From Abditibacteriaceae bacterium (lineage in GTDB: Bacteria; Armatimonadota; Abditibacteriia; Abditibacteriales; Abditibacteriaceae): a DNA stretch of 64,000 nt. The stretch covers positions 1,440,001-1,504,000 of the forward strand of contig OZ255721.1 in assembly GCA_965277285.1 (NCBI GenBank). The letters run 5' to 3'. The position numbers and the translations under genes are program-made. Under the pieces are notes generated by a model. That model worked only from the letters and a program-made list of their open reading frames with translations, did no database searches and was not told the DNA's origin. Shown here piece by piece: positions 37,579 to 48,095 of this stretch (the stretch's first letter is position 1; the number at the start of each line of letters is the position of its first letter).

Positions 37579-40101
37579 CTACTTGCCAAACTTCGAGGAT
37601 GAGCCGACGACAATCGTCACTTTGGCGGTGTTGCTGGTATTTTGCCCGTCAGTGACGCGGAAGCTGAACGAATCGGTACCTTTGAATCCGTACTGCGGCG
37701 TATAAGTTTGGTAAGCACCGCTGCCGCTGAGTGTTCCGTGATGTGGCGAAGAAACAATGATGTAAGTGAGAAGCGTCGTACTATTTCCTCCCGAAGCCGT
37801 CAACGTGATGGAAACGGGCGTGTTCTTGAGAGTGGTCACATTGTGTGGATTGGCCACCAGATGCACTGGTGCGAGGACGTTCACCGTGACCGTTGCGGTC
37901 GCCGTTCCACCATGACCGTTGCTGATGGTGTAAGTGAAATTATCCTGGCCGGAAAAGTTTGTGTTGGGACGATAAGTGACCTGGTTCTGGCTCAGTTTGA
38001 CGGTTCCGTGCTGCGCTTGCGTGACCGAAGTTATGGTCAGCGTGTAATTGTTCGGGTCGGAATCGTTGTTGAGCACGGCCAGTGTCGTGGCGGCGGCATT
38101 TTTCTTGACCGAGAAAGTATCGGCATTAGCGACCGGCGCCGTTGCAGGCAATGCCGCAATCGCGGCAGGAACCGTGACGATGCCATAGCCGGAATCGCGG
38201 TCGTAGCCAGGCGCCATGATGTCGAGCGCTGAACTTTGCATCGCCGCGCGAATTTGCGCCGGTGTCAGGCTATGGTTGTACGACAGAATAAGCGCCGCAA
38301 TTGCTCCCGCGTGCGGAGCCGCCGCCGAAGTTCCGGCGAAAGGTTGAAAGCCGGTCACGCCCGTCGAAACATCGTCGGCTGCCGTGATGTCGGGTTTACG
38401 CAACAATTGACCGCCCGACGAAGAAAAGTTGCCAGGCGTGATCGGCGTGCCATCGGGATTGTAGAACAAGTGACGCGGCCCATCGGAACTGTAGTACTCG
38501 ACAGGATTGGCGCTACCGCCGACAAACGGCTGCCCTTGTGCGGCATCAGTTGCGGCCACGCAAAACGCGTTGGCAGCTCCGGCTGCGTCATGTCCACGCA
38601 CCGCACCAGCTGTCGCAACCGCGAAAATGCCGCCGTTGTTCGTCAGGTAAAGGTAGCGGTTGGCCGCGCCATTGTGCTTGATGACCAGAATGCGATCCTG
38701 ACTTCCCGACGCGATGTCCAGATTTTCGTGCGGGTCTTGCGAACCATTTTGCGTGTTGGTCGAAGTCTCGACCACGTTGCCATTTGCATCGAGTTCGACC
38801 AAATCGTAATCGTTGGAAGAAGCGCCCAGAGGATCGCTCCAAAACAAGTCGATTCCGTAAGCATAAGTGTCGTTCGCTGTTTCGTAACTGGCGCCATTGA
38901 AACTGTTCAAGCGCCCGCTGACACCGCCCAAACTGCTTGCACCGCCATCCACGAAATCGCCTTGCCAGGTGCCCGAAGTACCCTCATCCAGGTTGCCGTT
39001 GTTGCTGGCGGCGCTGAAATAAAGCGCGCCATTGGCGCTGACATCATAAACCGCTTTTTCAATGATGCCCGCTTGACACGGCGATTCGTTGAGATATTCG
39101 ATGTCGTCGATGATGATGTCGCAGCCCGCACTGCGCAGATTGCGGATGTTCTGTGCCATGCTCGCATCGCTGGTGTCGCCACTTGCGAAATACAGTTGCG
39201 CGCCCGGGGCCAAGCGATGAACGATTTCCAGCATCGCGGTGCCTTCGTCGCCCGATGCGGCCTGACCGGGAAGAACTGTTACAACTGGCAAATTTCCCGA
39301 TTGTTGCTCCGTTGCCAAGCTGTCCACGCCATCGGACAATATGCCGACGCGAACTCCCGAACCATCGATGCCATACATTTGGCGCGCCTGAGCCGCGCGA
39401 TGCGCAATGTCACCTTCAGGATCGACGTTTCCAGTACTCGATGCGGAAAGTTGCGCGATTTGGCGCGCGATATTCGTTGCGACGCGCAAAGTTTTCACAC
39501 TACTTTCCGCCTTTCCGACGACATTTTTAGGAACGCTCTCCAAAACCAACGGCTGCGACATGGCTTGCTTCGTTGAAGTGGCTGACGCGACATTGCGGGG
39601 ACGCGCGTGCTTCGGCTGAACCGCGCGTTCGACAAAACGGACATCACTGCGCGCTGCGATGCCTTCAATCGTATTCGGCGGCAGCGAGGCGCGAATCGTA
39701 TTTTCCTCAGGCAGGCTGAAGATGATTTGTCCGCCGACGCTTTCAATTTGTGCGATCAACGATGGATTCACGGTCGCGCGAATGTCCACTTTGAGGCGCC
39801 CTTTGGCGTCCGACGCAACGTGCGAACGCAAGCTGGGCACAGATTCGATAGCGACCGAGTTATTGCTTTGGCGCACACTGTAAATCAGGTGCGAATCCAT
39901 TTTCTGCTGCCCCAACGTGCGATTGCTTTTCTCATTTTCAACGGCCGCAATTTGCCGCAGCGTTTCCTGAGATAAGCTGGCCACGTTGAAAGTCGAGGCG
40001 TTCTGCGCCGAGGCAGAACGAAACGCGACAACGCCAAAAGTAAGCACGCAAACGCGCGCCAGAACGGTGATTTTCCGGTGATGCTTTCCCTTCATTGACA
40101 T
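37579..40101 (-). CDS. Secreted S8 peptidase with C-terminal Ig-like domains
   Basis: VGILSDG, DEGTAMLEIVH, GTSAAAPH; tandem Big_9-like repeats; RBS GGGAG before ATG 40101. Confidence 0.85.
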   Translation of the reverse strand: MSMKGKHHRKITVLARVCVLTFGVVAFRSASAQNASTFNVASLSQETLRQIAAVENEKSNRTLGQQKMDSHLIYSVRQSNNSVAIESVPSLRSHVASDAKGRLKVDIRATVNPSLIAQIESVGGQIIFSLPEENTIRASLPPNTIEGIAARSDVRFVERAVQPKHARPRNVASATSTKQAMSQPLVLESVPKNVVGKAESSVKTLRVATNIARQIAQLSASSTGNVDPEGDIAHRAAQARQMYGIDGSGVRVGILSDGVDSLATEQQSGNLPVVTVLPGQAASGDEGTAMLEIVHRLAPGAQLYFASGDTSDASMAQNIRNLRSAGCDIIIDDIEYLNESPCQAGIIEKAVYDVSANGALYFSAASNNGNLDEGTSGTWQGDFVDGGASSLGGVSGRLNSFNGASYETANDTYAYGIDLFWSDPLGASSNDYDLVELDANGNVVETSTNTQNGSQDPHENLDIASGSQDRILVIKHNGAANRYLYLTNNGGIFAVATAGAVRGHDAAGAANAFCVAATDAAQGQPFVGGSANPVEYYSSDGPRHLFYNPDGTPITPGNFSSSGGQLLRKPDITAADDVSTGVTGFQPFAGTSAAAPHAGAIAALILSYNHSLTPAQIRAAMQSSALDIMAPGYDRDSGYGIVTVPAAIAALPATAPVANADTFSVKKNAAATTLAVLNNDSDPNNYTLTITSVTQAQHGTVKLSQNQVTYRPNTNFSGQDNFTYTISNGHGGTATATVTVNVLAPVHLVANPHNVTTLKNTPVSITLTASGGNSTTLLTYIIVSSPHHGTLSGSGAYQTYTPQYGFKGTDSFSFRVTDGQNTSNTAKVTIVVGSSSKFGK

Positions 40102-40389
40102 AAAAACTCCCGACAGGTGTGTGCTTTCCTTAACGCTCCGGGCGCCAAATATCATGTGCAGCGCACAACGCCAACCCAGAACGCGACATTTTGAACACTC
40201 AAGATAAACAATACCAGATAATTCCGGCGAGTTTTGTAAAAAACAGTAAACCCAGGTTGCGCCCTGCAGCAAATCTTTTATACCATGGAAAGCATCCGAT
40301 TACTCAGGCCTGGCGCATGTGCGAAAAGTCGCGTTGTCATGGCGGCAATCATTGAGAACACGATGAAACAGAATACGACTTCGCTTGAA

Positions 40390-40435
40390 AAACAATACGA
40401 CGGCTCTTCGCTGAGGAAGAGCCGTCGTATTGTTT
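40390..40435 (-). terminator. Rho-independent terminator
   Basis: AAACAATACGACGGCTCTTC...GAAGAGCCGTCGTATTGTTT, with a U run on the minus strand. Confidence 0.75.
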
Positions 40436-40477
40436 GAGCGCCGTATCGAGTACTCGAACATGCGTCTCGAAGGTGCG

Positions 40478-43369
40478 TTAAGAGATCGAGATGGAGCCGC
40501 TGGTGAGCGGGCCGCTCGCGCTGTAGTACAGCGATTGGTTGCTGCGATACATCTGAAGACTGAAAGTATCTATGGAGTTGGGAGCGTGCGTGACGGTCAC
40601 CACAAAGGTCAAAGTGGGTGCGCCTTGTTGCTTGCCCAGTTTGTAAACACCCGAAAAAGTCCCGCTGGTACCGGCATCATTCACAGTCAAAATTTGCACT
40701 ATCGCGTTGACGATAACTGGGCCATTGTTGCGCGAGAAAGTGAAAGTGCCGAACGCTTGCGGCCCGCCGTTGACCGTTGTCGCGCTGAAGCCGAACTTCC
40801 CTTTCCTGTTGCCCGATGTGGCGATGGTGCCATAGCCGCTCACATGACGGATATAAGGTTTGACCGTAATCGAGACAGTAGCGATATTGCTGTCGAGAGT
40901 ACCATCGTTCGCCTTGAAGGTGAATGAATCGGAGCCGACGAAGCCTGCCGTCGGCGTGTACGTTACCGACGAGCCGACGACGCTCAACGAGCCGTGGCTG
41001 GGGCCGGACACGATGATGTAGGTCAGCGCGTCGTTATCCACATCGCTCGCGCTGAGCGTGATTTGGACGGGCCTGTTGGCGAAGGTCGACACGCTTCGGT
41101 TACTTACCACCGGCGCATTATCGAGTACTGTCACCGTGACCGTGCCGGTGGCCGTGCCACCATGTCCATCGCTGATGGTGTAAGTAAAGCTGTCTGTGCC
41201 GTGGAATCCGGCTGCCGGTTGATAAAACACCTGGCCGTTGTTCAGCGTGACTGTACCATGTTGAGGCTGCGTTACGGCTGTAACGGTCAGTGTGTAGTTG
41301 CTGGGAGAAGTGTCGTTGCCCAGCACGTTGACCTGCGTGGCCGACGATTCCGCCTGCACCGAGATGGAATCGGCATTGGCAATCGGCGCAGCGGTAACGA
41401 TCGATGCAATCGCGGCGGGAACGGTGATAATGCCGTAGCCGGAATCGCGGTCGTAGCCAGGCGCTTCAATGTCGAGCGCCGTGCTTTGCAAAGCGTTGCG
41501 CACCTGCGCCGGAGTGAGAGAATGGTTGTAAGACAAAAGTAGACCGGCAATCGCCGCCGCGTGCGGAGCAGCCGCCGACGTACCGTAAAATGGCGAATAT
41601 CCAGAAACGCTTGTCGAAACGCCATCTGCAGCCGTGATGTCCGGCTTCGGCAGAATGCGCCCGCCCGTCGAGGACACATTGCCGGGCGTGATGACCGTGC
41701 CATCGGGATTGTAAAAAAGATGGCGTGGTCCATCGGAGCTAAAATATTCGACCGGGTTGCTGGCGCCGCCGACAAAGGGCGTGGTGCCGGAAACTCTGGT
41801 GGCCGCCACGCTGAAGGCGTTGTCGGCTCCGGCGGCGTTATGACCAGAAACATTGCCCGGCGTATTGATGGCGAGCTGTCCGCGTCCTGTGTCCAGGTAA
41901 AGATAGCGGGCAGCAGCGGTGGTCGCTTTCACAATGACGACACGCTCGCCGTCGGATATAGTGTCGATGTGCTCATACGGGTCTTGCCCACCGTTTTGCG
42001 TGGTCGTGGATGCCACCACCACATTGCCGTTGCTATCGGTGACATACAAATCGTAGTCGTTAGAGGATGCGCCCAGCGGATCGCTCCAGAACAAATCCAA
42101 TTCGTCATCTGTGCTGACGTTGCTCACAATGTCATAAGTCGAACCGCCGAAATCGTGCAGGCGCCCGGTGGCTATCGTAGCTGCGCCGCCGTCCACAAAA
42201 TCGCCTGTCCAGGTGCCGGACGTTCCGTGATCTTTGTTGCCCGAATTGCGGGCGGACGAGAAGTAAAGCCCGCCGCTATTGGAAACATCGTACACCGCTT
42301 GCTCGATGACGCCGGCCTGAAAGGGCGACTCATCGAAGTAACTCACATCATCGACGATGATGTCGCAGCCCGCGCTTCGCAGGTCATGGATGTTTTGCGC
42401 CATGCTGTCCTCGCCGTTGAACGCCGTTGCAAAATAAAGCTTGGCGCCGGGAGCCAGGTCATGAACGATTTCCAACATGGCCGTGCCTTCATCGCCATCG
42501 CCCGCTTGTCCCGACAGCACCGTCGTGTCGGCTGGCAAGTCGCCCGTCGAAATCGACGTGCTCAGGCTGTTCACGCCATTGGAAAGCACGCCGATCTTGA
42601 CGCCTGTTCCATCAATGCCATACGTGCTGCGCGCTTCCGCCGCACGATGCGCGAAATCGCCTTCCGAAGTCACGCTGCCGACATTTGTACCAACACCCGC
42701 GGCTCCGATCTGGCGCGACAAAATTTGCGCCACGCGAAACGTTTTGGCGTTGGGCATTTTGCGCTGCATCGTTGTACCCAGCACCTTCGTTCCCTGCGAT
42801 GGCGTTCTTGTGATTGTTGTGCCACTGCCTGGTCGAAGAATCGCTGATTTTTGCGTAGAAATGTTGGGCCGGTTGTTGATGGGACGAGCGGCGCGCTGGA
42901 TAAAAATCACGTCGTTGCGCGCCGCGAGGCTTTCAATGGCGCTCAGTGGCAGCAACGCTTCGATCCTATGAAGCGATGGAAAAAGGGAAATCACCTGGCC
43001 ACCGCTGTTGGTGATCTGCTGCAATAAGGTCGCGGTTACCACAGCGCGAATGTCTACTTTCACGCGCCCGTCGGCTTCCAATCGCACATCGGCGCGCAGC
43101 TGTGGCGCTCTGGAGACCGCCGCCAGGCGATGGTTTTCGCGCGCGGCGTAAATAAGCTGCGAATCCATCTTTTGCTGCGCCACGGTGCGAGTGGCTTTGT
43201 CGGCGGCAATGGCCGCGATTTGGTTAAGCGTCGCCGACGATAATTTAGCGCTTTGCGCATTGGCGGAAGCCGTGTATCCCAGCGCCAGCGCCAAGGTTGC
43301 AGCCGCTTTTCCCAGCGCGGCCAAACGCCGTTCCGCGTTCCCGTTCTTGAACCTTTGCATCCATTTCAT
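40478..43369 (-). CDS. Secreted S8 peptidase paralog with Ig-like domains and the shared C-terminal beta domain
   Basis: IGVLSNG, DEGTAMLEIVH, GTSAAAPH; strong similarity to 37579-40101; C-terminus matches the DUF11 proteins. Confidence 0.85.
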   Translation of the reverse strand: MKWMQRFKNGNAERRLAALGKAAATLALALGYTASANAQSAKLSSATLNQIAAIAADKATRTVAQQKMDSQLIYAARENHRLAAVSRAPQLRADVRLEADGRVKVDIRAVVTATLLQQITNSGGQVISLFPSLHRIEALLPLSAIESLAARNDVIFIQRAARPINNRPNISTQKSAILRPGSGTTITRTPSQGTKVLGTTMQRKMPNAKTFRVAQILSRQIGAAGVGTNVGSVTSEGDFAHRAAEARSTYGIDGTGVKIGVLSNGVNSLSTSISTGDLPADTTVLSGQAGDGDEGTAMLEIVHDLAPGAKLYFATAFNGEDSMAQNIHDLRSAGCDIIVDDVSYFDESPFQAGVIEQAVYDVSNSGGLYFSSARNSGNKDHGTSGTWTGDFVDGGAATIATGRLHDFGGSTYDIVSNVSTDDELDLFWSDPLGASSNDYDLYVTDSNGNVVVASTTTQNGGQDPYEHIDTISDGERVVIVKATTAAARYLYLDTGRGQLAINTPGNVSGHNAAGADNAFSVAATRVSGTTPFVGGASNPVEYFSSDGPRHLFYNPDGTVITPGNVSSTGGRILPKPDITAADGVSTSVSGYSPFYGTSAAAPHAAAIAGLLLSYNHSLTPAQVRNALQSTALDIEAPGYDRDSGYGIITVPAAIASIVTAAPIANADSISVQAESSATQVNVLGNDTSPSNYTLTVTAVTQPQHGTVTLNNGQVFYQPAAGFHGTDSFTYTISDGHGGTATGTVTVTVLDNAPVVSNRSVSTFANRPVQITLSASDVDNDALTYIIVSGPSHGSLSVVGSSVTYTPTAGFVGSDSFTFKANDGTLDSNIATVSITVKPYIRHVSGYGTIATSGNRKGKFGFSATTVNGGPQAFGTFTFSRNNGPVIVNAIVQILTVNDAGTSGTFSGVYKLGKQQGAPTLTFVVTVTHAPNSIDTFSLQMYRSNQSLYYSASGPLTSGSISIS

Positions 43370-43681
43370 AAAACCCTCTTGCCGGACAAGATATGATGGC
43401 GACTACACAACGTTCTTGCTGCAGTCACTTCAAGCATCCGCAGCCTTTTTGTGTTCCGCTACATTGTAGAAGGAAATACGAAAAATAGCAATCTTCTATT
43501 ATCTATCGAGTATTACCTATCGAGTACTCGATTCCGTTGGCCAACATGCCTCGCTCCTTCTTATTCTGCGTTCCGCTACATTCTACGTTCCGCTATTCAG
43601 GCAACAACCAATCGGACCGGCGAAACGCGGCCTCGCGCGCCTGAAAAGGTAAAATTATGTCGGTTTCTTAATTCATTCTGA

Positions 43682-44538
43682 GAGGGTGTATAGGAATCAC
43701 GCAAGCCTTCGGAGCATAAGCCGGATCATGGCGAGATAAATCCAGGTTTCACTTGATTTGACATTTTGCTCATAGTCTTTTGAAAGCCTTCGACATCTTC
43801 CCAACCATGCAAAAGTTCTTTCGACAACCCAGCGACGCGGCAACGGCACGTAGCCTTTGTTTTCATATTGACGGTTCACCAGGGCATTGCGGCTTATCAC
43901 TCGGAGCGCAACGCCACAGTTTTCTCGCACCCAAGCCGCGAACTTGTGTCCCCAGTAGCCTGCATCCGCCCAAATCAACTGCAAACGTTGTGAAGGAAAG
44001 CGCCACAGGGCTTTGTCTTGCAAAAGTAATTTGGCTCCGTCACGCTCTTGAACGTTGGCAGCATGAACACACACTTGCAACAACAAGCCGTTGGTATCCA
44101 CCAGAATATGACGCTTGCGCCCTTTTATTTTCTTGGCTGCATCAAAGCCTTTTGGCCCCCTTTTTCTGTGGTTTTGACGCTCTGGCTGTCCAGAATCGCT
44201 GCGCTGGGCGCCTCATCCCGTCCATCGGCCTGGCGCACTTGAGAACGCAACGAACTGTGGATACCTTCGAGAGTGCCGTTGTCACGCCGGCGCCGGAAGT
44301 GATACCAAACCACAGTGTAAGGCGGAAAATCGTGAGGCAAAGCACGCCACGAGCAGCCGTTGGTCAACTGATACAACAAAGCGTTGACGATCTCGCGTTG
44401 GGCGTAAAGCCTGCGCGTACCGCGCGCACGCTGTGGCTCGATCAAAGGGCGCAGCACTTGCCATTGTGCCTCGCTCAAATCACTGGGATAGCTCTGGCGT
44501 TTCATAAATGTAAGTCTAACCCTTTCCTATACACCCTC
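43682..44538 (-). mobile_element. IS5-family insertion sequence (IS1031-like ends, split transposase)
   Basis: 15-bp TIRs GAGGGTGTATAGGAA / TTCCTATACACCCTC; OrfA 44125-44505 (YPSDLSEAQW, LDSQS); OrfB ending 43697 ([16 protein letters not shown]); AAAAAGGGGG slippery site at ~44156-44165. Confidence 0.92.
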
Positions 44539-44555
44539 TAAGGTGGCGAGTTCTC

Positions 44556-45488
44556 ATGGAAAGCGTTTCGCGCACGGAACAAATTGAAGGCGGTTTGATC
44601 GGACTTTTGGTCGGCGACGCTTTGGGCGTGCCCTATGAATTTCATGCGCCGCAAAGTGTTCCGCCGTCGCATCAAATTGAGTTCAAGCCACCACTCGATT
44701 TTCGACGCTCGCATTCGGGCGTGACGCCTGGAACCTGGTCGGACGACGGCGCACAAGCGCTTTGCCTGCTGGCTTCGCTGCTAGAATGTGATCGCTTCGA
44801 TGCCGACGATTTCGGGCGTCGCCTGACGATGTGGTACGACAGCGGTTACATGGCGGTCGATGGCGTGGTTTTCGATGTCGGCTTCACGACGGGCGCCGCG
44901 ATTCGCGCCATGAAAGAAGGCGTTCCCGCGCTCGAAGCCGGATTGAACGACGAATCTGCGAACGGCAACGGCTCGCTGATGCGCGTTTTGCCGCTCGCGT
45001 TATGGCACAAAGGCAGCGACATTTCGCTGATTAGCGACGCGCATTTGCAATCGCGCGTGACCCACGGTCATTTGCGCTCACAAATCTGCTGTGCCTTATA
45101 TTGTTTGTGGGCGCGTCGAGTACTCGATAACGAATATGACGCCTGGAACGATGCGGTCGAAACGCTGCGCGATGTTTACAAAAGCAATGATGCCGCGACC
45201 GCCGAACTGGAATGGTCGGTTCGTCCCGATGACGACACGCCGGGGCGCGGTTCCGGCTACGTTGTCGACTGCTTGCGTTCAGCGCGCGATGCCAGTCAGC
45301 AACACACCTTCGCCGAAGCCGTGCGCTATGCCATCGGTCTGGGACACGACACCGATACAACAGCGTGCGTGACGGGCGGCGTCGTCGGCTTGCGATTGGG
45401 CATCAACGCCATTCCCACGCGCTGGGCGCACGGCTTGAAAGGCCGCGACATGGTCGAACCTTTGTGCGAACAATTGAAGCAACGTTGA
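44556..45488 (+). CDS. ADP-ribosylglycohydrolase family protein
   Basis: GDALGVPYEF, GTWSDDG, GNGSLMR, GHDTDTTA. Confidence 0.93.
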   Translation: MESVSRTEQIEGGLIGLLVGDALGVPYEFHAPQSVPPSHQIEFKPPLDFRRSHSGVTPGTWSDDGAQALCLLASLLECDRFDADDFGRRLTMWYDSGYMAVDGVVFDVGFTTGAAIRAMKEGVPALEAGLNDESANGNGSLMRVLPLALWHKGSDISLISDAHLQSRVTHGHLRSQICCALYCLWARRVLDNEYDAWNDAVETLRDVYKSNDAATAELEWSVRPDDDTPGRGSGYVVDCLRSARDASQQHTFAEAVRYAIGLGHDTDTTACVTGGVVGLRLGINAIPTRWAHGLKGRDMVEPLCEQLKQR

Positions 45489-45579
45489 ACAGAAGTCGAG
45501 TACTCGAAACGAGCAATTAAGAGCGCAACTCGCTCCTTTGGACAGAACGAAGTTCGGCAATAACGCAAGAAATTCGGTG

Positions 45580-45652
45580 TTTGTAGGGGCTTGGCTTGCC
45601 ACGCCCGTCTGAACGTTTACCGACACGGGCGTGGCAAGCCAAGCCCCTACAA
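45580..45652. repeat. GTAG-type REP-like inverted pair
   Basis: TTGTAGGGGCTTGGCTTGCCACGCCCGT...ACGGGCGTGGCAAGCCAAGCCCCTACAA. Confidence 0.8.
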
Positions 45653-45708
45653 ATAATACGGATATCCGGCAGTTTGCTGGACAAATAAAAACGGTTTTGC
45701 ACCGTAAG

Positions 45709-46134
45709 TTAATAAGAATCCAGGCCGGAGTAGCCGCCGCTGGAAATGACGGCGACGGCGTCCATTTCAATCGCGGCGTCTTTGGGCAGGCGCGAAACTT
45801 CGACGCACGAGCGCGCGGGCGGCAGACGACGGCTATTGTCGCTGTTCGGGAAAAACAACGCGAAAACGCGATTCATTTCATCGAAATCATCCAGGTTCGT
45901 CATGTAGATACTGATTTTCATCACATCGTCCATCGTGGCTTCGGCTTCTTCCAAAATCGCCTGAATGTTGAGCAAAACGCGCTCGGTTTGCACCGCGATA
46001 CTGCCCGTCACCATCTGACGGTTGGGATCCATCGGCAATTGACCCGACACGTAAACGATATTATCGGCCTTGGTCGCCTGCGCATACGGCCCCAAAACGG
46101 GCGGTGCTTCGACAGTGGCTATAACTTGTTTCAT
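45709..46134 (-). CDS. RidA/YjgF family protein
   Basis: GPYAQA, YVSGQLP, PARSCVEVSRLP..AAIEMDA. Confidence 0.93.
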   Translation of the reverse strand: MKQVIATVEAPPVLGPYAQATKADNIVYVSGQLPMDPNRQMVTGSIAVQTERVLLNIQAILEEAEATMDDVMKISIYMTNLDDFDEMNRVFALFFPNSDNSRRLPPARSCVEVSRLPKDAAIEMDAVAVISSGGYSGLDSY

Positions 46135-46967
46135 ACTTTAGTTTTCTCCTGATAACGAACGGCTTTCTTCCAATCGCTTTCCTTATCCACATCGAAAGCA
46201 ATCGTGGCGTCCTTCATTTCTACTGCGCCAACGCGGCAATCGAGTACTCGTTGCACAGCATGTTCCACTTCCGCGACGCTCAATTTTTTACGCAGGAACT
46301 TCCATAAGAAATTCGATCCCAGCAATTTCGCCAATGCCATCGGGTTTTTGCGCGCGCGATACGCCGCTTCCAACAGTTCGCTGACTTTATCTGCCAGGCG
46401 CAATGGGACAATAACCGCGTTGCCGCCCGTATATTCGCCGTCCGTCAACTTGACATAGGTTCGTTTGCCACCCGAAAACTGCGCTTCGCTGACGCTGCGA
46501 CGCACAATCGGATAAGCCAATTCCAACTTCTTCTGGCGCGCTGCTTCAATAAAGTCCGTAAACGTTTGCGGCATAACCAACGGAATATCGCAAGTGCAAA
46601 CGAGAACTTGCACGTTCGCCGTGCTGGTTGTCGTTGTGCTGGTTGTCGTTGTGCCGCTGACGCCACTACGAATCAGCGTCGCAATGCCTTCGTTTTTGAG
46701 CGTGTTCATGCCGCGCCCGAAGTTTTGCGTCATGCTCGCGCCGGCGGGAACGCGCAAAATGTCGGGATGCGCTTCGCCGCACAATTCCAAAATTTGCTCG
46801 CTGCCAACGACCGCAATGCGCTCGATTTCCGCCGTGCCACGCAACGCATCGAGTACTCGAACGACCATCGCGCGGTTGCCGACTTCAATCGCCGCGCGTT
46901 CTCCACTGCCCGTCGCCTTAAACAATTCCGTCGAAGATTCGCCACCGGCGAGAATAAGAGCGTCCAT
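46131..46967 (-). CDS. MobA-like nucleotidyltransferase family protein
   Basis: ALILAGG, CTCDIPL, YTGGN, FDVDK. Confidence 0.85.
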   Translation of the reverse strand: MDALILAGGESSTELFKATGSGERAAIEVGNRAMVVRVLDALRGTAEIERIAVVGSEQILELCGEAHPDILRVPAGASMTQNFGRGMNTLKNEGIATLIRSGVSGTTTTSTTTTSTANVQVLVCTCDIPLVMPQTFTDFIEAARQKKLELAYPIVRRSVSEAQFSGGKRTYVKLTDGEYTGGNAVIVPLRLADKVSELLEAAYRARKNPMALAKLLGSNFLWKFLRKKLSVAEVEHAVQRVLDCRVGAVEMKDATIAFDVDKESDWKKAVRYQEKTKV

Positions 46968-46976
46968 AAGAGAGAA

Positions 46977-47052
46977 AGGATGAGGTTAAAGGGATGAGGG
47001 ATGCGTTGACGACGCTTTGAGGACTCATCCTTCATCCCTTTAACCTCGTCCC
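46977..47052. repeat. Intergenic inverted repeat
   Basis: GGATGAGGTTAAAGGGATGA...TCATCCCTTTAACCTCGTCC. Confidence 0.7.
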
Positions 47053-47056
47053 TATT

Positions 47057-48058
47057 TTAGATGTTGCCAGGAAACATGCTTGGTGGCGTCGCAACGGCGG
47101 ATGGTGGTGATGCTGCGGACAACGCCGCGGGATTTTGTTCGGGTGCGTTGGCGTGCAAACCGGTAGCGGCGGAAGCGGCATCGGCTTGCTGCTTCAAAGC
47201 CGCATATTGCATACCGCCGCCCAGGTTCATGGTTTCCAGCGCGCTCGACGGCACGATAATCAAAGAACCTTTGTCCTTCATGCCTTCATACAACATGTTC
47301 ATGGCGCGCAAGTGCAAAGCGACCGGACTTTTCTCGTACATAACAGCAGCTTCCATGAACTTGTGCGCGATTTGCGTTTCGCTTTCGCCCAAGATAATAC
47401 GCGCCTGACGCTCGCGTTCGGCCTGCGCCTGACGGCTCATCGCGTCCTGCAACGGGCCGGGAATAATCACGTCGCGGATTTCGACGCTTTCCACACGCAC
47501 GCCCCACGGCTCGGTTCGGCTGTCGATCAAGGCTTTCAAAACGGCGTCGATCTTCTCGCGCCCCGATAAAACATCGGCCAAAGTCGAGCGACCAATCACG
47601 TCGCGCAAAGCGGTTTGCGCCGCCCAACCGACGCTTTGATCGTATTGCGCGACTTCCAAAACCGCTTTTTCGGGATCAATCACGCGCCAGAACAAAACCG
47701 CGTCCACGTCGACTGGAACCGTGTCGGCTGTGATGGTTTGCTCGGCGCGAAAGGTCGAGGAAATCGTGCGCAAGTCGATGACGCTGGAAACGGTTTCAAC
47801 CAGCGGCGTGATGAAGAACAAGCCCGGGCCGCGCAATCCGGCGAACTTGCCCAAGCGCAGCACAATCGCGCGCTGCCATTGCGCCACCATGCGGACAGAA
47901 GACGAAAGGAGCCAGGCCGCGACGAAGCCCAAGAACCAGATCACGACGCCAGTCAAAGGCGACGCTTGATAGGCGCCCAATCCGATGAACCCGAATAACG
48001 CCAAAATGACTAAAAAGACGAAAAACTTGAGACCGGCATCCACTCGCGCAGTTTGCAT
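47057..48058 (-). CDS. SPFH/stomatin (slipin) family membrane protein
   Basis: LRLGKF..GPGLFF, VDVDAV, AQTALRDVIG, QAQAERERQA. Confidence 0.93.
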   Translation of the reverse strand: MQTARVDAGLKFFVFLVILALFGFIGLGAYQASPLTGVVIWFLGFVAAWLLSSSVRMVAQWQRAIVLRLGKFAGLRGPGLFFITPLVETVSSVIDLRTISSTFRAEQTITADTVPVDVDAVLFWRVIDPEKAVLEVAQYDQSVGWAAQTALRDVIGRSTLADVLSGREKIDAVLKALIDSRTEPWGVRVESVEIRDVIIPGPLQDAMSRQAQAERERQARIILGESETQIAHKFMEAAVMYEKSPVALHLRAMNMLYEGMKDKGSLIIVPSSALETMNLGGGMQYAALKQQADAASAATGLHANAPEQNPAALSAASPPSAVATPPSMFPGNI

Positions 48059-48095
48059 AACGCTTCCCCTTCCTCTTTCGAGTACTCGATTTGTT

